DNA of 64,000 nucleotides, taken from assembly GCA_950097015.1 (NCBI GenBank), contig CATNEN010000034.1, positions 4,712,001 to 4,776,000 on the forward strand, given 5' to 3'. The stretch comes from Macrostomum hystrix (taxonomy: Eukaryota; Animalia; Platyhelminthes). The notes beneath the pieces were generated by a model. That model saw only the letters and a list, made by a program, of their open reading frames with translations, did no database searches and was not told the origin of the DNA. Each line of letters starts with the position of its first letter. Positions within the stretch are counted from its first letter, which is position 1. Shown in pieces: positions 1 through 11,721 of the stretch. Both the position numbers and the translations under genes were made by a program.

Positions 1-56
1 TCGAAATTCACAGGTTTTCTCTTTGTGAGCTAACAATCTCTGTTCCATTTCTGGGG

Positions 57-1199
57 GGGCAGTCTCCCCAATCCAGTCTCCCCAATCCAGTCTCCCTAAT
101 CCAGTCTCCCTAATCCAGCTCCCCAATCCAGTCTCCCCAATCCAGTCTCCCCAATCCAGTCTCCCCAATCCAGTCTCCCCAATCCAGTCTCCCTAATCCA
201 GCTCCCCAATCCAGTCTCCCTAATCCAGTCTCCCTAATCCAGCTCCCCAATCCAGTCTCCCTAATCCAGTCTCCCTAATCCAGCTCCCCAATCCAGTCTC
301 CCCAATCCAGTCTCCCCAATCCAGTCTCCCTAATCCAGTCTCCCTAATCCAGCTCCCCAATCCAGTCTCCCCAATCCAGTCTCCCTAATCCAGTCTCCCT
401 AATCCAGCTCCCCAATCCAGTCTCCCCAATCCAGTCTCCCTAATCCAGTCTCCCCAATCCAGTCTCCCCAATCCAGTCTCCCCAATCCAGTCTCCCCAAT
501 CCAGTCTCCCTAATCCAGCTCCCCAATCCAGTCTCCCCAATCCAGTCTCCCTAATCCAGCTCCCCAATCCAGTCTCCCTAATCCAGTCTCCCTAATCCAG
601 CTCCACAATCCAGTCTCCCCAATCCGGTCTCCCCAATCCAGTCTCCCCAATCCAGTCTCCCTAATCCAGTCTCCCTAATCCAGCTCCCCAATCCAGTCTC
701 CCCAATCCAGTCTCCCTAATCCAGTCTCCCTAATCCAGCTCCCCAATCCAGTCTCCCCAATCCAGTCTCCCTAATCCAGTCTCCCTAATCCAGCTCCCCA
801 ATCCAGTCTCCCCAATCCAGTCTCCCTAATCCAGCTCCCCAATCCAGTCTCCCCAATCCAGTCTCCCCAATCCAGTCTCCCTAATCCAGCTCCCCAATCC
901 AGTCTCCCCAATCCAGTCTCCCCAATCCAGTCTCCCTAATCCAGTCTCCCCAATCCAGTCTCCCTAATCCAGCTCCCCAATCCAGTCTCCCCAATCCAGT
1001 CTCCCTAATCCAGCTCCCCAATCCAGTCTCCCCAATCCAGTCTCCCCAATCCAGTCTCCCTAATCCAGCTCCCCAATCCAGTCTCCCCAATCCAGTCTCC
1101 CTAATCCAGCTCCCCAATCCAGTCTCCCTAATCCAGTCTCCCCAATCCAGCTCCCTAATCCAGCTCCCCAATCCAGCTCCCAAATCCAGCTCCCTAATC
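57..1199. repeat. Minisatellite, 13-14 bp unit AATCCAG(T)CTCCC(C/T)
   Basis: Directly visible tandem array; explains the spurious GLGRLDW ORFs. Confidence 0.95.
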
Positions 1200-2246
1200 C
1201 TGTCATTATAGAATTTTTTAAAGGAAAAATGACACATCTGTTTGACATGTTTTCTCGAAATTTTCCCAAAATATTCAAGTAATTGAGAAAGCTATGTATA
1301 GCAGCTACATATAGGTATTCACATAATTTGCTAGAGCAGTGCAGTTCAGGTTTTGCAGTTACTGCATGTGCAAGAATAATAAATAGAAAAAAATACATAG
1401 GGTATTGTCGTACCAAATCCAGGTGGGTCCTTGTTGTGAAGGAAAAAGACAAATCCAGAAAAAATGCCAATAAAGCAAGCACAATGAGAAGGTAATTGTC
1501 CCTTAGAGATTATCTCGTTTTTAATTGTCCCTTGGGCCTAGAGCCCAGTGTCTCTGACTAGCTGACTCAGATACCCAAACCATGAGGTAGGCACAGAGTG
1601 ACGGTAAAAGTGCTTCCGCAGTCTCCGCGGCCGATCTAAATTTAGAATAATTTGTCCCGCATGCATCCAGCTGCATTGGACAATCAAGTACTACAAGCCA
1701 GTCGCGTAAACACCCAATATGAACCTATTACTCATGTTCACCTGTTCACCTGTTTTCGCCTGGTTTGCACTCGAACAGTTTCTGGTGCGTACTGCATAAG
1801 CCTGTGAGTGTGCTCTGACCTACTATCTGAAGCTAAACTTTCTTATAAAATGTAAATGTCCTTAAGAATAATGACCTCGGATAAGTAAGTTTAACTGCTG
1901 ACTCACCCGCTGCAAGGCTAAGGGCTATCCTATTAATCTATAGCCATGCAGGGTCAAACCTGCAAACCTGTTTTGAAAGACCACTTTGTCTCGATACGTA
2001 CAACACAGCTGTGGATAATATGTGTTAACTTTCAAGTCAAATTGCCGAACCCTTTCTTCAGCTCATTTCCATTTCTCTTTTGCAATTAGCAGCCGGCCAC
2101 GCCACCTACGCGAAATCTAAGTGCAAAAAATCATGAGATTGTCTTGACTTGTACGATAATTCACTACAAAAAATAGAACTTCTACAAAATTTCGGTTTGA
2201 AAACTCAAACCCTCACACTCTTACTCAGACGAGTTGATGTAAAGAA

Positions 2247-2433
2247 GGGGTGAGTTGAGTAGATGTAGTGAAGGGGCTAGAATAGATGAAGAGATGAAGA
2301 GAAGGGATGAGGTGGGTAAATGTAGAGAAGGGGTGAGTTGAGTAGATGTAGAGAAGGGGTGAGTTGAGTAGATGTAGAAAAGGGGTGAGTTAAGTAGATG
2401 TAGTGAAGGGGCTAGAATAGATGAAGAGATGAA
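2247..2433. repeat. Degenerate purine-rich direct repeats (GGGGTGAGTTGAGTAGATGTAG x4)
   Basis: Motif at about 2247, 2330, 2357 and 2384; the following GAAGGGGCTAGAATAGATGAAGAGATGAAG block occurs twice. Confidence 0.7.
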
Positions 2434-2688
2434 GTGGAGAGATGAGATTGAGTTGTATTAGAGCTGCATCTGCAGCTGTAGTTATTCTGCAATAGGTGAG
2501 AGCAAGGCGAATTGCGTGTCTAGTATAAGAGCTGGCCTGGTGCCTGAATAATATTTTGTCAGCGATAAGTGTCTGGATTTCCTGGGACAAAAAGCTGCGG
2601 AGTTAAAAGTACACAAAAACATTCCGGGCCATGCGGCCCCGGCATGGGCTGGCAGGCAGGCCGCAGTTTCTGTGTAAACAGCAGTGCC

Positions 2689-2689
<1 letters not shown>

Positions 2690-2733
<44 letters not shown>

Positions 2734-2746
2734 TGCTGCTGTTGCT
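2690..2746. repeat. (CTG)n/(CAG)n trinucleotide microsatellite
   Basis: About 18 CTG units with two TTG interruptions. Confidence 0.95.
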
Positions 2747-2949
2747 TTTGCTTTTGCACGCTTTAAAAAGCTGAAAGGATTAGAACTTCGACACTTTGTT
2801 GATGTGCGCTGTTTCAGCGCACAATACGGTAAGTCGGGGACTTAGTACTTAGTACTGAATTAACTAGTATTTTCTAGTGATTTAGTGCAAATTGCTATTG
2901 CAACTAGGCCTGTGCTGTGAGAACTGACAAAAAACGTACTTTTAGATGC

Positions 2950-3297
2950 TCCTCTCCCTCCTCCTCTCCCTCCTTCTCTCCCTCCTTCTCTCCCTCCTCT
3001 TCTCCCTCCTCCTCTCCCTACTCCTCCCCCTCCTCCTCTTCCTCCTCCTCTCCCTCCTCTCCATCCTCCTCTCCCTCCTCCTCTCCCTCCTCCTCTCCCT
3101 CCTCCTCTCCCTACTCCTCTCCCTCCTCCTCTCCCTCCTCCTCTCCCTACTCCTCTCCCTCCTCCTCTCCCTCCTCCTCTCCCTCCTCCTCTCCCTCCTC
3201 CCCTCCCTCCTCTCCCTCTTTTTCTCCTTGGCTTTCTCTCTCCCTATCTCCCTATCTTCTCTCTCCCTCTCCCTCTCCTTCTCTGTTTCTTCATCCT
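2950..3297. repeat. Polypyrimidine low-complexity repeat (CTCCTCTCTCCCT-like)
   Basis: Almost pure C/T tract; the poly-Ser, poly-Leu and poly-Arg/Glu ORFs are artefacts of it. Confidence 0.9.
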
Positions 3298-4406
3298 GAT
3301 CCCTCAAATGGTCCCCACCAGCTTTCTTCTTTAATTACAACTAACCAATCTCGTTTGCTTCTCGTACTTAATTTTATGCAAATATTTTATTTTCCATGGG
3401 TCTTATCAAGACGAGGACAAATGGCATTCGACTCGTCTTGATGGAGTTGCACTATTGTATTTATTTGCACGCGGGCCCAGACGCAAGACACCCCAGACAA
3501 AATGTACTTTTAGGCAATGCAGCAAGGATGCATCGTAAAGTGCATTCTAGATTTGTTCAATATAAAAATTCGGACAAAAAAATTGGCAAGTCATATGCCA
3601 GCAAATCAGCAAATTTTTTATGTCGTGACTGTCATTCTGCAATCCAGTTCCTGTAAATTGTGTCGATAAAATTCAACACACAGAGTGCAATTTCTGTGTA
3701 AAAGACGGAGACAGAAAGCCTTAAAAAATCGAAGAACTAACATTCTGCGCAGAAGGCAACGAGTGCAAGAGGACTAGATACGGATTCAAAGCAATTTTGT
3801 GCCATTCTGTGCACCGCAGTAACAATTAAAAGAATTGAAGAGGATGAAAAGAGAAGACAGAAGATAAACAGGAGAAAGTAGTCAAGGCCCGGTGCAAACG
3901 CATGTACAGTTTGAAAAATTAAACGCGCAACTTTATGATTTTTTCACTCTAAAGTTCGACTCCAGGGAGGGAGCTGGCTGCTGGCTGGTACTCGCTACAC
4001 CAAACTCTACCGGTGCGAAAAAATGCGCAATATTTTTAGTTTCTAAGCCATTTATTTTCTGTTTTTTTCTTGTTCGAAATTCGTGCAAAGCATGATTCAG
4101 TTCCTCTGTACCCAATTTTGAGTGAGCGTCGCGCACAGCACTTAAGTCTCGAAGAGGTGAAGTGCGTGTAATTATTCAGAAATTTGCTTACTTGCGTTCG
4201 TAAGGAGCAGCAATATTTTCATTCACATTTAAATCCACAATGTCATATATGCATGTACATAGAAGTTTAACAAAACATATTCATTCTGGACTGGCAGAGC
4301 GCTACTATCGACAGCCGTGACTATGTCGCCTATTGACGACGACCACATCAAACTACACCTCAAATTTACTCGGACTGCAGCCAACGAGCATTATGTCCCA
4401 AGCTAA

Positions 4407-4818
4407 CGCGGACCATGGCAAACTACCACACACTAATGCGGACCACGGAAAACTACCACAAACTAATGCGGACCACGGAAAGCTACCACACACTAATGCG
4501 GACCACGGAAAACTACCACAAACTAATGCGGACCACGGAAAGCTACCACAAACTAATGCGTACCACGGAAAACTACCACAAACTAATGTGGACCACGGAA
4601 AACTACCACAAACTAATGTGGACCACGGAAAACTACCACACACTAATGTGGACCACGGAAAACTACCACAAACTAATGCGGACCACGGAAAGCTACCACA
4701 AACTAATGCGTACCACAGAAAACTACCACAAACTAATGTGGACCACGGTAAACTACCACACACTAATGTGGACCACGGAAAACTGCCACACACTGATGCG
4801 GACCACGGAAAACTACCC
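4407..4818. repeat. Minisatellite, 30-bp unit GCGGACCACGGAAAACTACCACAAACTAAT (about 14 copies)
   Basis: Directly visible tandem array. Confidence 0.95.
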
Positions 4819-5211
4819 GAAAAATACGGTAGACGAAAAATATAGAAGACGGCTACCCGACAAAGGATTAACTAAAGCGAATCAACTGCTAGCGTTGCGC
4901 GGGGGTGCGGGGTATCCCCCGGGTCGGCGTGTGGGGGCGAAGCCCCCAGAAGACGACTTTCCGAAAAAAAGTTTTTTTAGCGAATTAACAGGCAGTGTGC
5001 GCGGGAGTACGGCGGTGTCCCCCGGATTGGTATTGTGTGGGTCCCGGCCCGGTGGTGTTTCCCGGTTGCCGGTTTTGAGGCTGAGCCCACAGAAGTTGAG
5101 CTTGAGCCCACAGGGTTACTTTAAATGGAATTTGACAACATCCAAAAATGTTTAAAGACAGCCGGAGATTTTCTACTTTTTATGCAAGTGGTCTTCGTTC
5201 ATTCGTTTATG

Positions 5212-5749
5212 AACGAATAATAATAAAAAAATAAAATAATAATTATCATGCCCGCAGGAGGGCTGCGGGAAATGGCACATCATTTGGTGACACTAGACCC
5301 GCGCAGCCAGCAAGGAGGCAATTCTGCCCATTTCGCTGACTCCTGAGCACACACGCACACAGATACCGTACGCAGGCACACGCACATCGTCTTTCACATC
5401 GTCAGGCAGTGTATATTTCACTGTGCCTTGGAGGTGGCGAGGGGGATCGCGCGGCGGAACCGACTGACGGACCACCCTGAGCGGCACCGCCTCGCTGGAG
5501 GCCGTCCGGCTGCCAGGGGTTAGCGATATGGGCGGCACCGGCCGCCTCCTCGCTGCGTCCGCCATGGAGGCTCCCTGCCGCTAAGTTAAGTGCCTTGGAG
5601 GTTGGCCCTCAAGGGCGTAAATTGCACGACAAGCCCCCAAGCCTTCTCCCCGCATCTGCGCCTCAAATAAATGTGGCCTCGCCGTGGAATCGAACTTAGG
5701 GACCGTGGTGTGATAGGCAAACATGTTAATCGCTCTGCCACCAACCCCC
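5212..5749 (-). mobile_element. tRNA-derived SINE, copy 1 (interrupted by a LINE 3' fragment)
   Basis: Minus-strand head GGGGGTTGGTGGCAGAGCG...GTTCGATTCC (A and B boxes); body matches 8996-9223 and 48527-48851; 3' stem-loop CCCGCAG-N5-CTGCGGG (5251-5269) and AT-rich tail; possible TSD TTCGTTCAT at 5194-5202 and 5751-5759. Confidence 0.8.
5436..5589 (+). mobile_element. Severely 5'-truncated copy of the LOA-like LINE 3' end
   Basis: Aligns to about 60912-61065; flanked by 13-bp TSD GTGCCTTGGAGGT (5423-5435 and 5590-5602). Confidence 0.9.
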
Positions 5750-7526
5750 TTTCGTTCATCCCATAATATATATGATCACATATGAAGACCTAGGTATTCA
5801 ATTACTAGTACAACATAGACGCAACAGTTGCCTTAAAAACTTTAAGTTATGATGGATGATTGACACGGTGATATCCTAGGAGTTTAAACTGAATGAGTAT
5901 ATAGTTCTTCATTAGAAACTTGCATGTTCTTTCCGTTGTCATCCCTGAACACAGTTGCAATGTCAGTATAGCTGAATGAGCAAGTTTGGTCTTGGTCGTA
6001 CTCGTATTCTCGGTTCGTATATAAAGGAAACGCACTATGTGCTTAAATAAATATTCTTAACGATGTAAAAATGTATCGCAAAGCTAAAAATGAACTTCAT
6101 GAAGTTCTATTTGATGTTTATCTGTACCTTAACATCCGGCATCAGATCAATGATGACCTTGTTAACAATTTATTTTCCGATATATCATTTATTGTTTAGT
6201 GATTGAAGTAATAAATTGCATGCTGACTCACACACTTAAATGGTCTGTGATTTAACGAAGATATTAATTAAACAAATCAATGTAAATTTACAATAACCTA
6301 TCAATGAAACTTCTCAGGCATAAACTTGTTCGACGGTCACTTGATGTGTAGTTCTACGCTCGTATATAATGGTGCTGATGTTTATCTTGTGCTTATTTTA
6401 ACGCTAAACTATTTCATAAATGTTGATTGAAACTAAAGTTTTTAGTTGTGCAAAGTCTCATTCTCGAATAATATCTTTTCAGAAAGCCTAGTACCTATAT
6501 TCGGGGCAGGTTTTTACCAAGAAACACAAAATGAAATGACAAATTTACATATTTATAATCTGACTTAAGAAACCCATTTTCAAAGAATATCATATAGCAG
6601 AAGTAAATTTTTTACAGATTTTGTTTACATGAATTTAATTTTCAATGAGAGTACTATTTTCTTTCCAACTTAGTTCCATCTGATGAATCTCATTTCGACT
6701 AACTTCTCAATGAAGTTCATACATTTTTTAATTATATCTTTCGTTATCGATTAATCTCATACTCGATAAAACTATACTATCGAGTAATTTGTAAATACTA
6801 GCTTTGGATAATTTTCTTTTTTCACGAATCGAGTCAAAAGTGCACGAAATGTACTTTCAAAAGCTAGACTCAGAGGTTTCTTTTTAAAGCAATCAGGCGC
6901 GAATAAAATAAAATTAATGGTGACAGTTCAACAGGAGAGCAGGTCTCAGTAAAAGTTTCTGGTGATCGGAAAATCTCTTGGAATCGCCAGACTCACCTAT
7001 AAAGTGCGGCAGATTTTTTTACTTTGCCGTTTTTCAGTGCGTTGGCCATGCAGGGCAACCTAACATAATTTTCTCTGGTATGGTAACTTGCACTCGCATC
7101 AACACTAGCCATGGGAGGCTGGACGAAAAGCAGAAATGAGTCTAAAAGTGCAAGAATTTAGTTACCCGGCCATTGATGCACTCAATCCATTCCTGCCAGC
7201 TTTCCCAGACTGGGGGGAGCCGCTTAAAAGTGCAACTCCGACTCTGAAGCCTGGCTGTAAAAATGTGGTGCGCTTGGCGACAGAGGCTAGTGCACTGTTA
7301 GGCCTGAAACTCCACCCCAAATCTAATCAGGCGGCTCCCGGCCTAGATGTAGGGCAAATAGTGCAAGTTCGCCGCGAACTCACACTGCGCTGAGCTTCGT
7401 CAAGTACCCTACGGAAGCCATCTAAAAAAATTGCGGCGGGCTGACTGCCGTGAGAAAAGGGAAGGGACACACGAACTAAATACCTGCTTGGTGCTTTCTT
7501 CCTCGCAAAAACATCAGTTGTCGTAA

Positions 7527-7939
7527 CTGACTGTCATCCCCCTGACAGACTTCTCCCTGACAGACATCTCCCTGACAGACATCTCCCTGACTGACATCTC
7601 CCTGACAGACATCTCCCTGACTGACATCTCCCTGACAGACATCTCCCTGACTGACATCTCCCTGACAGACATCTCCCTGACTGACATCTCCCTGACTGTC
7701 ATCTCCCGGACTAACATCTCCCTGACTGTCATCTCCCTGACTGTCATCTCCCTGACTGACATCTCCCTGACAGACATCTCCCTGACTGTCATCTCCCTGA
7801 CTGACATCTCCCTGACTGTCATCTCCCGGACTAACATCTCCCTGACTGACATCTCCCTGACTGACATCTCCCTGACTGACATCTCCCTGACAGACATCTC
7901 CCTGACAGACATCTCCCTGACAGACATCTCCCTGACTGA
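7527..7939. repeat. Minisatellite, 15-bp unit CCCTGAC(A/T)GACATCT
   Basis: Directly visible tandem array. Confidence 0.95.
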
Positions 7940-8995
7940 ACTGGTATCAATCTGACTGAAATGTTGCTGAGTGATCATTAAAATTTCAGTTCTGAATTTT
8001 CCATTTAGAATATCATTCTAAATAGTCTATTTGGTGTCTATTTTTGGTGTCACACTGTTGACAGTGTACATTGGCGGCTGTGTATTTAATGTCAGTCTGA
8101 AGAATGACCTCGATGATTTACATTATTTAGGACCACTTTGATTCAAAAGCTCGACCCCCAACCCAACAAATGTTGAATTTTTAAATAACCCATATTAGCT
8201 ATGTAAATTTTCTATTATGAAATTAAAATGCGTTCAAACAACAAGATCATATATAAACTTGTTTTCCACTACTGCTAAACATATTTACCCGAAATGAGGC
8301 CAGAATGGTAATTATTATCATTAGTCGGTTTGTTTGCCTAGCAAAGGCTTATATAAGTCCATGCCAGCGCGTGTAAGATAGAAGGCTATCTAAAAAGTGC
8401 TGTGCCCGCAACTGCGTCTGTTTATTATAAAATTTGGTGGCTGCACTTTAACCTCCCTTGTCTGTTTACGCAAGGGGAGAGAAAAAGGACAGATAGATTG
8501 AGAGTCAGGGAGAGACAGTGCGCAAAAGTGCACAAGTCTAGAGAGCGCTTGGCCAGCAAGGGGTAGACTTTAGTACTCGTAGTAGCTTCTTGCACTGAAA
8601 TTTGCCAGCAGTGCTGACTGCTACAGCCTACAGCTCTCCTTTCATAGTTTCATAGTTGCAACTAGCTACGCTATGATCTTGTACGCATATTACTCGTCCA
8701 CAAAAATGCGCGGCAATAAACCCCACTACTTGAGAACACTTTTGAGAACACTATTGGTCAAGTAACTTACTCGTTGTACTTTCAAAATATTTTACTAGTG
8801 AAATGCTGTCTTCAATATGAATTTCATTCTCTACATCGACTCAACACTTTGAACATGTTCTATTTTCATAGGGGATTTTGGTCTTCCATTTCGCAATGTC
8901 TCGCAGACCGTTTTGAAGTTTCTCCGACGAAAATGGAACAGTGTGCGCCTGTTGTGTCCTGGATGAAGATTGTTGATAGGTATACTTTTCTCTCA

Positions 8996-9223
8996 GGGGG
9001 GTCGGTGGAAGAGCGGTTATCGCGTTTGCCTCTCGCACCAAGGTTCGACGTTCGATTCCACGGCGAGGCCACATTTATTTGGGGCGCAGCGGCGGAGAGA
9101 AGGCTTGGGGGCTTGTCGTGCAATTTACGCCCTTGAGGGCCAACCTCCAAGGCATAGTGAAATGTACGCTGCCTGACGATGAGAAAGTCAGGGCAGATGT
9201 ACACACCTGTCTGAGCGTGTGCC
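8996..9223 (+). mobile_element. tRNA-derived SINE, copy 2 (3' part missing)
   Basis: A box TGGAAGAGCGG 9006-9016, B box GTTCGATTCC 9050-9059; head resembles the tRNA-Val D/anticodon region; body matches the other two copies as far as 9223. Confidence 0.8.
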
Positions 9224-9609
9224 ATGCGTAGCTGCCCTAGAGTGCCAAGAATTTCATTTAACCTGATTCTTGTGTCGCCCCTCAACGGATCATTTAGAGA
9301 GCACGACTGAAACTGCTAACATATTTGCGTATTTCCTATTCAAACCGCTCTCTGCTGGCGATTAAAACGGAATCAAATGCAATTTGTCCTGCTTTCGGTA
9401 TGAACTCTGGGGCGCAGAAGGCAAAGTGCGCAGACACTGTGGCCTGTGACGCATGCGCTGCTCTGCAAGCCAATCTGATATTTCTGTTGCCCACAAATAC
9501 GAGTGTAAATATTAATCAGAAGCACCACAGGTTTAATGATGCCGATTATGATCGAATCCGAGCTTCTAGACTTTATCCTGTCTAACACCACCTCTTGTCC
9601 AGCACCACC

Positions 9610-11164
9610 ATGTCTCCAATGTCTCATCTCTCCAATGTCAAATCTCTCCAATGTCTCATCTCTCCCCTGTCTCATCTCTCCCGTGTTTCATCTCTCCCGT
9701 GTCTCATCTCTCTAATGTCTCATCTTTCCAATGTCTCATCTCTCCCCTGTCTCATCTCTCCAATGTCTCATCTCTCCTCTGTCTCACCTCTCCCCTGTCT
9801 CATCTCTCCCGTGTTTCATCTCTCCCGTGTCTCATCTCTCTAATGTCTCATCTTTCCAATGTCTCATCTCTCCCCTGTCTCATCTCTCCAATGTCTCACC
9901 TCTCCCCTGTCTCATCTTTCCAATGTCTCATCTCTCCCCTGTCTCATCTCTCCAATGTCTCACCTCTCCCCTGTCTCATCTTTCCAATGTCTCATCTCTC
10001 CCCTGTCTCATCTCTCCAATGTCTCATCTCTCCCCTGTCTCATCTCTCCAATGTCTCATCTCTCCCCTGTCTCATCTCTCCCGTGTTTCATCTCTCCCGT
10101 GTCTCATCTCTCTAATGTCTCATCTTTCCAATGTCTCATCTCTCCCCTGTCTCATATCTCCAATGTCTCATCTCTCCCCTGTCTCATCTTTCCAATGTCA
10201 AATCTCTCCAATGTCTCATCTCTCCTCTGTCTCACCTCTCCCTTGTCTCATCTCTCCCGTGTTTCATCTCTCCCGTGTCTATCTCTCTAATGTCTCATCT
10301 TTCCAATGTCTCATCTCTCCCCTGTCTCATCTCTCCAATGTCTCATCTCTCCTCTGTCTCACCTCTCCCCTGTCTCATCTCTCCCGTGTTTCATCTCTCC
10401 CGTGTCTCATCTCTCTAATGTCTCATCTTTCCAATGTCTCATCTCTCCCCTGTCTCATCTCTCCAATGTCTCACCTCTCCCCTGTCTCATCTTTCCAATG
10501 TCTCATCTCTCCCCTGTCTCATCTCTCCAATGTCTCACCTCTCCCCTGTCTCATCTTTCCAATGTCTCATCTCTCCCCTGTCTCATCTCTCCAATGTCTC
10601 ATCTCTCCAATGTCTCATCTCTCCCCTGTCTCATCTGTCCCCTGTCTCATCTCTCACCCTGTCTCATCTCTCCCCTGTCTCATCTCTCCCCTGTCTCATC
10701 TGTCCCCTGTCTCATCTCTTCCCTGTCTCATCTCTCCCCTGTCTCATCTCTCCCCTGTCTCATCTCTCCAATGTCTCACCTCTCCCCTGTCTCATCTTTC
10801 CAATGTCTCATCTCTCCCCTGTCTCATCTCTCCAATGACTCATCTCTCCCCTGTCTCATCTCTCCCTGTCTCACCTCTCCCCTGTCTCATCTCTCCCGTG
10901 TCTCATCTCTCCAATGTCTCATCTCTCCAATGTCTCATCTCTCCAATGTCTCATCTCTCCCTGTCTCATCTCTCCAGTGTCTCACCTCTCCCCTGTCTCA
11001 TCTTTCCAATGTCTCATCTCTCCCCTGTCTCATCTCTCCAATGTCTCATCTCTCCAATGTCTCATCTCTCCCCTGTCTCATCTCTCCCCTGTCTCATCTC
11101 TCCAATGTCTCATCTCTCCCCTGTCTCATCTCTGTCTCTGTCTCATCTCTGTCTCTGTCTCTCA
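9610..11164. repeat. Satellite, about 16-bp unit TGTCTCATCTCTCCCC / AATGTCTCATCTCTCC
   Basis: Tandem array; same family at 11722-13708 and 61770-63792. Confidence 0.95.
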
Positions 11165-11721
11165 TCCTGTTTGAGTTAGATTCGAATGTTTGATTCTTGC
11201 CGTAGCATGCTATATATTGGCCACTAAATTCTTCTTCTTCATCTCAAACAGATATTCTAGTCAGTGGCTCTCACTTACCCAAATAAGTTAATTTTCCTAG
11301 AGGAACAGTTATTAAAAGAGAAAAATTATTCTCTAAAAAGCATGCCTGTGTCGATTCATTATGCAAGGACCACTAGAAAAACTTAAATATCCTACTAGTT
11401 ATTCGTCTAGAAGTCCTTGGAATTATTATTTTAGTTGATGGTATAAGGCTGCTGTGAGAAACGGCAAACTGATGTACACAATTTCCTCAAACGTATTAAT
11501 CTCTGCTTGATATTGTCAAGAAAAGATAACGGGTCTATAAAATTATAAATATTGTGCTATAGAAGCTACAGGATGGTCAAATTTTCTAACGACATACGAA
11601 AACAGGTTTTGCACGTGACTATAAGTAGCATAGTGAGGCTGAAGATGCGAATAATCAAAATAAGGAAATGATGCTAAATATTTACCAAACAAGCAGGCTT
11701 TCACATGCATGCGAATAAGAC

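Noticed and set aside
57-1199. CCCTAA hexamers suggesting telomeric repeat
   Set aside because: They occur only singly within a 14-bp unit, never in tandem
2559-2830. PolyQ ORF (minus), or a poly-Leu signal-peptide exon from ATG 2631 with a GTAAGT donor at 2829 (plus)
   Set aside because: The poly-Leu frame stops at 2772; no recognisable domain; cannot be separated from a simple microsatellite
3396-4136. Short coding-like ORFs on both strands (also about 5850-6800 and 7136-7393)
   Set aside because: No recognisable homology and no consistent splice model that I can support by eye
4333-5155. 170-246 aa repeat ORFs
   Set aside because: The 30-bp unit is open in several frames on both strands; no signal peptide or domain
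8996-9070. tRNA gene
   Set aside because: A and B boxes are present but no intact cloverleaf or acceptor stem is evident, and it continues into a body shared by three dispersed copies, so it is a SINE head
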